Below, one piece after another: positions 15,130 through 28,300 of a stretch of 64,000 nt of DNA. The position numbers and the translations under genes are program-made. The first letter of the stretch is position 1. Every line of letters begins with the position of its first letter. The DNA is from Epiperipatus broadwayi (taxonomy: Eukaryota > Animalia > Onychophora). The notes beneath the pieces are model-generated. The model saw only the letters and a program-made list of their open reading frames with translations, was not told where the DNA came from and made no database searches. The stretch spans positions 12,896,001 to 12,960,000 of the forward strand of contig JAQFVV010000009.1 in assembly GCA_028023455.1 (NCBI GenBank), given 5' to 3'.

Positions 15130-17099
15130 GTCACACCAAATCAAGTTCGAAACTGTCAGGAAACTGAATATTTCTCTTTTTATAATCCTCCTATGGATTC
15201 CACGAACAAAAACGTCACTGTTCCATTTTTTCGTTATGGTCCGGGCCTTTATTTGCTGCTTCTATATTGGACAAGCTAATTCTTTATTCCTTATCTAATT
15301 TTCATCTGACTTTTTAATTACACAAGAGCCCAAGGCTAGCTTGCTTTTCAACTAATGAACAATCATTTCCATTTACAGATTACAGGAATTAATTAATACC
15401 TGTTTTTATTTTAACTTACGTTATTTCTTTATTAAAATATTTTTATATTTAAATCTTGTATTTTTTATCAAAAAAGTATGTTCAAATCCTTTTTTTATTT
15501 ATAAAAAAAATATATTTTTAAAGTTTTGAATCTGTGCGAATATATACGTTTAACAAACATTTTAATTTTAGCGTTTAGTTTTTTTTTTAATATATTTATT
15601 TTTATTTGCGAACTTTAAGATTTTATTTTAAATTAACGTAACGGCATATTTATGTATCGTTACAATATATATATATATCTGCATTTAGTAATTTACTCTA
15701 CATCTCTATAAATTATTACTATGGTCACATTTTGCTTTAAACATATGGTTGCAATCATGAGAAAAAATATGCAAATGTCTAATTATAAGAATTTTGATGA
15801 ATCTAATCAGGCTTAGTCACTCCAATCTTTTTCAATAGATATAAACTGGATGGAGTATTTATCTGTGATTATGGAAACTTAATTTATAAATATGGCTTAA
15901 TTCAAATAATCTTTTGATAAATGTACAAATGATCTTAAATCATTTTTACTTGATATTTAATAAAACTTAAAAGACTATGTCTAGGATTAAAGGAAATGTA
16001 ATAATTCCAAATTGGATAAAAATAATCTAAAACCATTTGTCTACATAGCAAAAAGATTATTGCTTGAAGCAAGTGCTGGTTGAAAAATCTAATGTTTACA
16101 CATCCATTCTATTTATTTTATTTCAAAGTCATTCCTTCTAAGATAGAATAATTATAAATACGTACATACATAGGCTGTAAATCTTGGAAAAGTAATGACA
16201 AAATTAATTTTCTTTCACGACCTAGCAAATAAAAAGTAATTGCCTTATTTTAATTAAATCCAAAAGAGACTGACTTTGTTTTCTAATTTTTTAAAAAATC
16301 ATATTACAGATAAATACGTATTCATTGTAGTTTTACATATGAGATACTAAACGAAATTTTACAGAGAAGTTATAAATAATAGTTGACTACCATCAATAAT
16401 GATCAATACTTATTTCTTGATTATGGTGTGCCATCACCTACATCACTGGACTTCAGAACATACATGTTAATTTGTTTTTTAACAATTTTTTTTTTTTGAA
16501 AGACAAAACCTTAATTGCATTACGAAAATGATGTAAATAATATTTTCAGAATTAATTAATTATATATTTTTAATGCACAATACTTACTTGCTAATAATTC
16601 TTTTGACTAATTTCATAAATATGGATATATTTAGGGAGGGAATCAAAGATCTTATGACTAAATTGAGAATTTATGCAGTATAAATAATTTAAAACATATA
16701 ACAGCAACTTATTAATTACTGCAAGACATTCAGTTAATTCTGCCAATATTATTATTTTGTTCAATGGAAGTGGTTAACCAATAAACAAAATTTTAGGCAT
16801 TAAGAGTGATCTTATTTATGGGCTTAATGGGTGTGATCTATTTTTGTATGTCTTTAATAGTTTATCAGTAATTGGGATGGGATGGTTATGTTTAAAATAA
16901 ATTTTTTAAAATAAGCTTTTCTTAAATTTTAAATACTAGGAATGCTAAATAAAAAAAGCTTCAGTGTAGATGTGCCTTAAAACTTGAGCTAAGCACTTTT
17001 GAGATTTTGGTTATGATACCAGATTTGTAGCAATGAGTGATGGATAAAAGGATTGTATGCATAAATAGGATGTACATTTATATAAATGTATCCAAATGA

Positions 17100-17790
17100 A
17101 TTAGCTCAATTTTTAAAGAAGGAAGCAGGATTCCTTTTTTATTTATGGAGTTCAAGTTATTAGTGTTGTATCATGCCTCCTTTATTTTGCACTTGGAGAA
17201 TTTTTGTTTGATGCACATGACACTAGCTGATGTGGGTTCAAATTTGTGGCTGAGTGAGATTTGATGCTCCAGAAATATGGATTTGTATTCAAGATTACTT
17301 TTTGCCCTTTTGTAGAGGTACTGATGTAAGAATAATCTTATTACAAGGTTGGCATGTGATTCTCCTTAACAGATTGCATTACAGCTGGCTTTGAGTGCAG
17401 GGTATATTATAAATGGTGTGGGGTATGTTTAGTGGGGAGTTTATCTTTAAGAGTTGTTGACCAATCTGCTTGTAGAGGATGGGGTGAGTAAGTTGACTTT
17501 GTATGATCCCGAGCATATTTTATTTATGTTCCTGGAGACTTTAAAGACCTAAGGAAACAAAATCCATGGCCTGGGGTGTGATGAAGGAAATTTAGTTCTG
17601 ATATTGTTGTAGAATTTATTGATAATGTTAGTGAGTAACCTTTATTTGAACCCAATGAGACATAACTCATTAATGTAGTCTGATTCTAGTTTGCATAGGT
17701 TTAAATTTCTATATAGAAAAGTTGTCAACCAGCGTATTTATGTGTGTTGGGGATGATGGAATCAGGTGTATCTGATTTTGATGGGTTTAA
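17100..17790 (-). mobile_element. Penelope-like element relic (RT C-terminus, linker, GIY-YIG endonuclease)
   Basis: Minus-strand translation, read across frameshifts, includes FHHPQH, NIINKFYNNIRTKFPSSHPRPWILFP, SCNAIC*GESHANLVIRLFLHQ, EHQISLSHKFE and KIKEA*YNTNNLNSINKKG. This follows the Penelope RT-end/GIY-YIG pattern. Confidence 0.7.
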
Positions 17791-17811
17791 TTAACATTTT
17801 ATAATTTATGT

Positions 17812-18000
17812 GGGCACTCTCCCATTGGACATATATGTCAAGATATTTTATCAATAAAGTATACAACAAAATCAGAACTAAATCCCCTCCTTTAGATCCC
17901 AAACCATGGATATTGCTCTCATATATCTCTAAAGTCTCCAGAAACATAAGCAAAATATACTTGGAGAGATACAGAATCAGTTTCCACACTTTTTGATCAA
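17812..18000 (+). mobile_element. Inverted Penelope-like fragment, homologous to about 17490-17670 on the opposite strand
   Basis: ORF 17808-17996 peptide YFINKVYNKIRTKSPPLDPKPWILLSYISKVSRNISKI aligns with the minus-strand NIINKFYNNIRTKFPSSHPRPWILFP*VFKVSRNINKI. Confidence 0.75.
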
Positions 18001-21000
18001 GCACGCTTGCTATAGAGTAAATCCCTGGCCTTTAATGTATCTTGAATATAATTCTATGTATGGATAATCCTCACAAATACAATGTATTTATTCTGACCTT
18101 TAGCTTCCTAGATAGTCACATACATGTATCTAGTATGGGATTGCTATATTCAGTACACCTTCCTTAAATGATAATTCTAAAAAGTGGCCACATTAGTAGG
18201 TCCTAATCCTGATTTAATAATAACTCAACTGTGGTAATCCTTTTGGATCTGACCTCCAATTCAATAGAACTCTAATTATATGAGATAGTCCTTTTTGAAT
18301 TTGACCTCAAATTTACTAAACAAAATCATGCAATAGTGATCTAACAATTACATTTATATTAAAAGTTTTAGCATATATAAAATCTAATTCACAGTAATTA
18401 ATGTGAAATGGGACTCAATCAAATTTCAAAATAAACTTAGTTTAATTTAAAATTCTGATAATTATACTACTACTCATTATCTTAACACTTGGATATTTCA
18501 CATTAAATATTTTATGTGAATGCACATTTTGTGTGTTTAAAACGAATATTGCATCATTGGTTATTTTCAAACTTTATATATTTTCTGACTATTTCCACAT
18601 GAAAAGAAAACTTTTAAATATTTTTTTTGAAAAGTGATAAAATTTTAACTATCTATATATATAATAAAAAAAACAACAACCATAAAGCAAATTTTGTATT
18701 TTAATTGTTTTAAACACAAAGTATTTATATCCATATGCTTAATTGCAAATGCTGATCTTTTTCTCTCTTTTTTTTAAGCAAAACATTCACTTCTTTTAAT
18801 CAATCAACAATTAAATAATATATCAACACTTTAAACATAATAAAATATAGTTCATTAGAATTAACATGCTCTAAAAGAGCAAAATAAAACTTAAAATTAT
18901 TATTATCAGTTTAAAAGATAAAGTTGTTTTTTTTTTGACTTATGTAGCATAAAGTTTTGTAACTGGGATTCTCTTTTCATGAGGATTTTTTATGCGAATT
19001 AATATTTTTCCATCAGTGGCATGCATTAATTGATTCTGTTTATAATCACATTTCTTTTTTTAAAGTTACTGTACTTAAAAGTACAATTGTTTTGCAAGAT
19101 ATTCCTGCCAATCTTTGTATAAGAGAAACAGTTTTAACCTAGGTTATGTAATTTATTAGTTTCTCTTAAATTTAAACACTTTTGTAATCAAATTATTATA
19201 TTAATTATATATAAAATGCCTAACATGCACACGCACACAAAGCTAAAAACAAATAAAGAAAAGTATATATTATTTTAATTTTAATATATATATTTAATCA
19301 AATGGCTAAGCGCTTTCAAGGGTCAAAGCCCTCATATTCATAGCCGTTTTATAAAGATATAAGAAATTGATTAGCCACAAAGTGTAAACTATTTGCTTAT
19401 ATTAATTATAATTATTTAAAATATGACTTTTAATAATTTATTTTAAAATTTGATACTACTTTTTATTTTATATAACATTTTTTAAAAACCTTTTGTATTG
19501 CTACATTTATTAGCTATCCTCACAACTGAAAACCAGCTCACTGCCATACGGAAGATCACATGACTGACAATAAAATAATATTCATTTCAATATATAATGT
19601 AAATAACAGAAGTGATCACAAACATAGTCACAATAACAAAGCTGTATAATTTTGTTTTCATTTTACAGTACATGTCAAGCATAAAATTAACTTCAATGAA
19701 CTACAGGCTTTAGTTTCTAATGAGTTTGCTTTTACACTAACTTTTTAAATAATAAAATGAAAACTATAAAACAGAAAGGAAAACAAGTTAAAGTAATTCT
19801 ATTGGTCACATAAAGACAACTGAATTCATTGAATGCTTTAATAATCTATATTTCTCATAAGTTCTCTATTATTAATATCAGAAAATTTATATCACATTAC
19901 AACATATAATCAACACCTTATATTACAAAACTTATATAAGGTGATTTATAAATGAATTTATTGCCAGAAATTAGTCTACTGATCCCAAAACTTTTCTTTA
20001 GCTAACTAAAGTTATGATAAAATAAATACTATTTGCCAAGAGCATGATTGAAGGAAAGTATAGATGACTGAAGAGCAAAGAGTTTCTCGATCAAAGTGAA
20101 AAAATCTGATTACTCAATTAAATGGATCTGAATTTCACTTTGGTAGTAAAATGTTGATTGACTTTCAAGTACAACATATGTGGGAAAATATTTTTCAATC
20201 AAACTTGGTTATTAGCCTTTAGATCATCTAGTTCTTGTAAGTATTCACTATTCATATATACTTAAAGTAATTGTTTATAAAATATCAATTATATTTTATC
20301 ACTTCTTGCTGTCATACTTTGCAAAAATAAAAATAACAATTTTCAAAATTTTCATGGCTCTTTGCATACAAAAAATTTATATTCTTTTGTTAAAATCTTC
20401 TAATTCTATACAGCAGAAGTTCGCAATCTTTTTGTTCCTCATACTCCCTTAGCTTTTAGTAATTTATCTAATATCCCTATTCATTTTAATAAGATATAAG
20501 CAGTTGGAAAGTGTACCATGCAATATGTCACATGCAAGCGTGAAGGATGCAGATTCTATGGAAGTGAGTCTTGGGAGAGGGGGGGGGCTGATCTGGCATT
20601 TTTACTAGCTATCTTGATTCTCAACAAGGCATTTTGAGTCATTAGACTCTGCAGTAGGAAAAAATCTATGCAACCTCAACTGTGTCGATATCCAAAAAGA
20701 GATTATTATGTTGCTGGTGTGACTGACAGCCAATACTAACATGTAATAGCCCAGAAATATTGATAACATAACTATTTTTGGAATATATTAATAGCATAAT
20801 TATTACAATTTCTGAAATGTGAGATTAAAGATATAATCAAAAAATAATGTGTAAATTTTAACAAAACAGATAATTAGCAAAACATATATTTAATACACAC
20901 ACACACCAATATATTTATCCGAAATTCTCTGCCATAGTTTATTCTCAAATAAAGACTGACAAGCAATATTTATAGTATTATCATTATAGAAAATTGCCAA

Positions 21001-23590
21001 TATTTGCAATATATTTAAGGTTTTTTTACAACTCATATTTAGATCAAAATTGTAAACTTTAATGAGTCCATAAAATAAAATAATGAAAAAAAAAAAAGCA
21101 TTTGTTTTCTTCTTTATATCAATATTTGTATTATGTTGAGAAGCAGATATATAATGTATAGCAGATTTTAGAAAGAAGAAAACATAAAATCTAACATTCA
21201 CAATTATTATAACTACGACTACTAAAGATAACTTAAAATATGTGACATAAAAGTTCAAAACATTTTAAAATTATCATATACAGTAATTAAATTTACATAA
21301 CTAGAAATTGTGAGCAGAACAACAGTTATTTTTAATTTAAAATTTGTTGCAGAAAAATGAGGTTGTCAGGTCAATTCAATAAATTAGCATAAAAGCAGCA
21401 ACATAAATATTTGCCTGTCAATATATATATATATATTTGAAATGAAGTTAATTAAAAAAACGTTAATAAATTAAAAGTAAACTTTAAAATCTAAACAAAT
21501 ACACTTATAAAGCAATGCAAACTATCACTAACAATCAATGTAAAACATATACTTTTGTAAAATTTCAGAAAAGCTCTCTGTAATTTATAAATAAGCAATA
21601 TTAAAGGTCTATGTATATACATGCTGGTAATAGAATAAGATATTTAGTAATAACCAAAATAACAATAATAAAGCAATATGGTCAGTTCCTGTTATGATGA
21701 TGATGATGGATGAACACAACAATTCATTCAATTAATCAAACTGAGACATATCCAAAAATCTGTAGCTTTCAGACATTGGGAAGTTTCTTAAGGTTTTGAT
21801 ATTTATAGAAGAGTGATTAAATATTTAGAGTCCAACAACAATTACGTTTATTAATTAAAAAAAAAAAGATTCACTATATTTAGAATCATGAATATCTTAA
21901 AAATAAATGTGTGTGAAATATATTATCTATTTATTTAAAAAAAAAAAAGAAATAAAATATTTGAACTGTTTTCAATAGTTTGACTGTTTATACAATTACA
22001 ATAATTAATGTTATATAGCATTTTTATACAAGTGAAAAAATATTTAGACCTACTAAGAATCATTTACGAAAAATGAGTTATTTCTGTTATTAACTATTTT
22101 ATCAGTAGCTCATCTCATTATCTTATGTAACAATAATAATATGAGCACATATAAAAATGATAAATCTCAAATTAACCTTAGCACTGAAGATTAAGTTAAG
22201 CATAATGGTTCTAAAAGTATTTTTAATTTCTTTATTTAGGTTCAAATAAAAATAATCTTTAGATGCCAGTCTATCTTAAAATAAAAAGATTACTTCCGGA
22301 TATTTTATTATCACCCATCATCATCATTTTAATACAATTCTGTCATTCCTGCTTCTTTCTCAGTGGATAGCATTCCTTCTCAGGATTAGTGGCATATCAA
22401 AGGCTTATATTTGGAATAAGTCTTAAAACAGCAAAAACAAACTAAACTGGTTAGTATAAAAATAATTTACTTATAATAAGTAATCTGTCATTTATAATAT
22501 TATAATAAATAAATAATACATTCGCAACTGCAACCAATAAATACTACACAAATACTGAAAAAAAAAGAAAGAGATAAATATTAAAAACTTAAGACCTTAT
22601 TATCAAATATAAAGAAAGATCTTACCAGCTAATAAAAATATTTTAAACCATGATTTTCATAGGGAGTATGAACTTACTATATATAATGGCAGTCTTTATC
22701 AAAGGCAGTCTGAATTGTGACCATTCTCTTTGGTTATTGGTGACAGTAAACAATGTAGATGAGTCCCATTTATTTCCTTATTTATGGTTTCCTTCTTTAA
22801 AGCAGACCACATTGCATTCTATGCAATTTCAATATTTGTGAAACTGCATAGGTGAAGTGTCTTCAGTTTTATTACCTACATATGATAAATGGTTTTCTTC
22901 AAGCTAATATTATCATTTTAGTATTAAAAAAATATTTTTAAACCATCATCAAGATCAAACTATCTGAAGCTAATCTGAGAGAAACTAATTTAATTAGCAA
23001 CTTTCCTTCATGGAATGAATTTACACTGCTTTCTTCTCAATTCAGGATTAGATCACTACCACTTTTCAGATCCATTTATATCTCATGCCTTCATAAACAT
23101 TTTTAACATCTAACTTATAATTAAATCCATATTAATTCATCATAACATTTTATACACAACATCTTTAAAGGATTTAATATATTTTTTTTACACAACACAT
23201 TTTTTCATAAATATTTTCTACATTCAATTCACTCTCTAACTTTCTCAATTTTACTGCTTTATAACTTTTAATAACTTGTTCAAATTTGTCTATCAATTTA
23301 CTGCAAGAAAAAGGCAAAATATTTCTTTAAAATAATTCCAGAAGGCAAAGCTGAACACTCACAAAATGTAGCACATTCTATTAACCAATATAATTTATTA
23401 GTTTGCAATAAAATTTAATAGCTCAATTAATTTCTTTTTATTTTCTTACATAATATTGATTATCACTTTACTAATTATAGTTTTATGTAATATATTTCTT
23501 GATCAAATATTTGATAGTATGATTAATTTTATAGACCAATTTTCTATTAATTTTTTCCACTGATATATTTAAGTTGAGTATATATATTAA

Positions 23591-24336
23591 CCCTTTTCCC
23601 GCCTCTTACGAGGTCTCTCGTCAACAGTTGATGTCACTATAATTCCGTTATTTTTAATGCTAGGATATTCGTTTGACAGTTATTGATTAGGTTTTTAAAA
23701 GTTCTGTAAGATGGTGCCCTCTTCCGAATTGTTTTACAAGTAAAAAATCAAAAAAACCACATTTAAAGCTAAACAAAGAAAGAACCTTGTCGGTGATTGG
23801 CTCTCAGCCGACAAAGACATTCTGATTGGCTGGAAAGAACAAAGAAACCACCTGATCAAAGAAAATAAAGAAAAACGCTGAAGTTTTCATTTCGTATATG
23901 ATTTAAAGTATATTAAAAGTATATATTGAGAAATTACAAATCATTTTCAGAGAGTATACTAAAAAAACAAAATTATTTTCGAAAAATATTGAAGATTTTA
24001 GTAAAAATATTTAAGATTTAGCAAAAAGAAATATTTACTTTTCTATAACGTAAAAAGCATTTACGTCACAAACTCTTTGTTTATATGATGGCTTTTATTT
24101 TGCCGAAATTGAATATTTTATAATAAATAAATAGCAATTTATTTTTGAAAGAACTTTCATTCACTTTTATAACCTGACAATGTATTAATATACTTTTTAT
24201 AAATGAATATAAAGTCAATATGATATTAAAGGTGAAAATATTTTGACAATTGACTTGTCTTCAATTTGTGAGCTGGCCAATTAAAAGCTTTGATTTTTAG
24301 CTGACACAACCAATAATATAATTAGCAGTTAAAAGA
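23591..24336. mobile_element. Possible piggyBac-like non-autonomous element
   Basis: The left end reads TTAA|CCCTTTT and TTAA recurs at 24337-24340, but the right TIR match is poor. CpG-retaining interior with GATTGGCT boxes. Confidence 0.3.
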
Positions 24337-24346
24337 TTAATATATA

Positions 24347-25212
24347 TACCTGGGTCTCGTTTTACGCGATAGAGAGGTTCCTCAGAAAACACGTGCAAAC
24401 GAAATCACGCAAAAATAGACGTAACTTACATTGAAAAGGGGGGGGGGGATGCGATCTGTGATTTTTCAAAATTCACGTAAAAGCAAAGCACCAACGTAAA
24501 ATTACTTTAAAATTTGCGCAAAAAAAAAAATAAGGAAATAAAATATGACTAATAAAAAATTTCAAATTTGAAAAAAATTGATACAGACAAACTTTTTTTA
24601 ATTATAATATTTAATTTTATTCAAAATAATATATTTTTATGCATAATTTACAGTACAGTCATTTACATTTTTTATACACATTTTAATTATTATGATTTTC
24701 TGGTGACAATGTAATTAATCTTTGAGATGATGAATTTATTAATTGTTTACGAAGCTCGCGATATCCAGACATACAGCCATTTAGCTCTCGTTGGAATTTA
24801 AGAGCACATTAATGATTAGTGTTATTAATAAGAAAATAATAATTGATTGCGTTCTTTTTTAAAAAGCAAAAACAGAATGTGATTTAAAATGCAAAATTAA
24901 CACGCACAATGTTTGAACAAATTTACATTATAATCTTGTAAAATTTAATATGTGTATACATAAAATGTGGAAATCATGATTTTAATTTCATTATTGCATA
25001 AAATCTTACTATTATAAAGCACTGAAAATATTGAAATTACTAAGATGAAAGTCGAATTCCAATAATGTGCAATTACTTTCAATATAACGTAAGTGCGCAA
25101 AATTTATTATTTAAAGTAATAGCGCATTATCGGAAATCGACTTCCAGTGAAACACGAATCGCATAACTTCAAAATCGTGTTAAATAAGTCCGCGTAAAAA
25201 GAGACCCAGGTG
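24347..25212 (-). mobile_element. Tigger/pogo-type internally deleted DNA transposon, TA target site
   Basis: TIRs TACCTGGGTCTCGTTTTACGCG and CGCGTAAAAAGAGACCCAGGTG, with TA on both sides. Minus strand 24805-24710 encodes ALKFQRELNGCMSGYRELRKQLINSSSQRLIT, which resembles Tigger transposase C-termini. Confidence 0.8.
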
Positions 25213-25221
25213 TATATATAT

Positions 25222-25398
25222 ATTCACATATTATAATCTATACATTTATTAATCAATCTAATAGGTTTTAATAAGCCAGTTTTGTTATTTTCTTGATCTT
25301 ATATATATTAATACACATGCATTCACAAATGACAATCTATAAATTTATTAATCAATCTATAAGTGTTTTATCAAACCAACTTTGTTACTTTCTTGACT
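25222..25398. repeat. Diverged tandem duplication, period about 99 bp
   Basis: ATTCACA...AATCTATA.ATTTATTAATCAATCTA...TTTGTTA.TTTCTTGA occurs at 25222 and 25321. Confidence 0.8.
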
Positions 25399-28300
25399 AA
25401 GCAGCTTTATAGTACAACTAATTCAAACTGCAATTAAATTGGTACTATTACAATTCTCATACCTTCAACAATGGAATAGGGTATCTTTTCATTTTCTCAT
25501 TCTATGTCTACTGAGAATTTAACTTTAGTTTATTTTTCTAGTTCTAGGTTGATAATTTTCATAAATAGTGTTTTACCAATATAACAATACATAAATGATT
25601 TCACTGTTCAGAGATCTGATTGGTCTTCACCTATCAAAAGAATGAATAGGATCCCTCAACTCTAGGATTTATATAAAAAAATTCAATCATAAGAGAGTAA
25701 GATGTACAATGAAGCATGAACACTATAAGGATTACCTCAGTTTTAATACTGCTCAACTATCCAAAACACACAAATAGTTAACTATAATACTAATATATAT
25801 TCATCATTTGGGACTGCACCTTGCTTCTTCTGAGGTGAATGAATAGTTTATTTGAAAAATGAGTTGCAGCAGCCTGAGATATATACAATTCAAAAAGACA
25901 TGATAGGATAGTATCTTATACAGACGACCAAATCTTCAACCATCACTAGCAATGGAAACATATCTAAACAAATTTTTATAGTAAAATTTATTACCATCTC
26001 TACAAAAATAAATGCAATTACTCTGATCATATGTTTCATATTTATTTATACTATTTTTTAATTAATATTATCAAGTTTATAAGTCATTCCTATTTTCTAA
26101 CAAGTTGATAGTCTTTCATTTCACAATGAATCATATTTAGGGTTAGTATTTTTAAATTTTACAATTTATTTCCTCTTTAAATCATTTATCATTTTAACAG
26201 TTCTAGGTTGTAATAGAAGAGGCCATATTTTATTCCCACAAAATCAGATTTCACCTCTCTCCAGGTATTTTTTTAGTAGTGATGTCATTGAGGTGACCCC
26301 AAAAAATCTATTCTCTTCATTCTGGAGTGAATCCTCTATTTGCGCTTTTTTTTTCTCTTTTGGAATCTCAACACTGGTAATGAAATTTGATGATCTGCCA
26401 AGAGTAATGAGTTGATTTTGACTTGGGTTGTTATTAGATCATTTTATATTTTTTAATCTTCTTATATTATTTAACCCTTTTCTTTTGTAGACTTTATAAT
26501 ATAGAGCTCTTCTGTCTTTAATTTTCTGAATATTTCTTCATCATCCCTATTTTTAATATTCAGGCAGCAGAATTCATTTTCTAACTTAATAGACAAAACT
26601 TGTATATGTTCTTTTAAATAATAAACTCCAGTACTCATCTGCAATGTCCTTTGTTTCATTACAAATACAAAATTACCTTTTATAACATCATTACAACAAC
26701 TTCTTTCAAATCATCCATTTTTAATTTTTAAATTACATTCAAGTCTTCCTTTAACAAGTTTCTTTTTAATTATTAGATTTGCATATATTGTTCTATTTAT
26801 GCTATTTAAATAAAAGGTATAGTACAATATCATTAATTTTGTCATGATAACTTTAATCATTCAAACAAAATATGATAGCAACATGTCATTTGCCACTACA
26901 TTTCCGAATAAAATTAATATATATATAATTCAGTAAATATTCTTAAACTATTTAGCTAATTGACATGAATATTTTACTATTCTGTTTTGCAACGAATTTT
27001 CATGATAATAACAACTGTACATTTAAAAACAAAAAAAAAAAACAACTACACACATATATTACCATGAATAAATGACGAAAAAAGTACTAGGTAATTTTTT
27101 TTGTTTATATTTTTAAACACAACATGCCGAATATATGTTCATCAAATTAAATTAAAATGAACATTTATTATTTTATATTCGATATTCATTTAAATTTCCA
27201 GCAGCATTTGGTTTGCTTTAAAGTTAAGGGAGATTTATAATGAAAAGAGATCAGGCAATCAAAAGAACGGGATTAACTCTAGTGTTTATACCTGGATTTT
27301 TTAAAAAAAAGCAAAATATTAGCTAATATGTTCTATTCATTATATATTAATAGGAATTGTACTTAACATTTAGAAATAAAACAAATCTAATTTCTTACAT
27401 AATCAAATTATTTTTAATTTGATTAATTCAAAATATAAGACATTATTGATGAATATGATATTCAGTTTTAGTTTATGCATGCACTTACACACAAACTAAA
27501 ACTAAATACATGTGCATTTAAAGACGAAAAAAAAAAGATACTTGGTATATCTACATTTTGATTGATTAATATTATATTTATTTCCAAAAACATAATCATT
27601 ACACAATATAAAGATGATTACAAAGCTTAAGAATTTTTCGGAATTTTACTAATAATCAAGCTGCAAGAGGAAATATGAACATAAGTAAATAACTATGGTA
27701 CACATTCTTAATTTACTTTACTCCTTACAAAAAAAAAATGTCGGCCATTTAATTATAAAAGTGTGTGTGTATGTATGATTGTGGGTGGGGGGAGCTGTTA
27801 CATATTATAAAACAAAATAAATCAAATAATAAACCTATACTTAGTGCTTTATGGGGTAAAGTATGTAATCTTTTTTGCAAATCTTCAAATGTTTTAAAAT
27901 AAAAACTCAATCTAAAATAAAATTACAATATATTACCAAAAATTTAGATTTAAATCTACTTAACATGTTAATTGCAAAAGTTATCCAAGTAAACTCTTTC
28001 CACATCCAACTAGATTATCACTCTATTTTATTATTTACAAAAATTTATTTAAATCATAGACTACTTGCAGTTTCAGAAATTCAGTGCGGGGGGGGGGAAT
28101 TAAATACAAATTCATTAAATGTGAATTCATACATTTCTCACACATATCTGCCAGTATAATCAAAGCATGCTTACCAGTCATTTCTTCATCTAATACATTC
28201 AATCAATTACATGGTTGGAATCACAATGAAAATGCTGTAATATTTTGCATTTGCTCTCATTACTATGAGTTAATTTTTTTTAAAAATTTAAAATGACTAC

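Larger units (their letters stand above)
13608..15664. mobile_element. Probable solo LTR (2057 bp) of a gypsy-type element; a short-TIR DNA element is the alternative
   Basis: Termini TATAACGAT (13608, probably from TGTAACGAT) and ATCGTTACA (15664) are inverted repeats. ATAT lies on both flanks (13604-13607, 15665-15668). CpG-rich interior, no pol or transposase motifs seen. Confidence 0.6.

Noticed and set aside
22600-26800. Purine-rich minus-strand stretches (22.6-23.3 kb, 26.0-26.8 kb) suggestive of old R1-like LINE pieces; similar stretches at 9.6-10.9, 12.2-12.5 and 29.8-30.5 kb
   Set aside because: Probably ancient TE debris, but motifs such as LDVKN are too short to assign family or boundaries.
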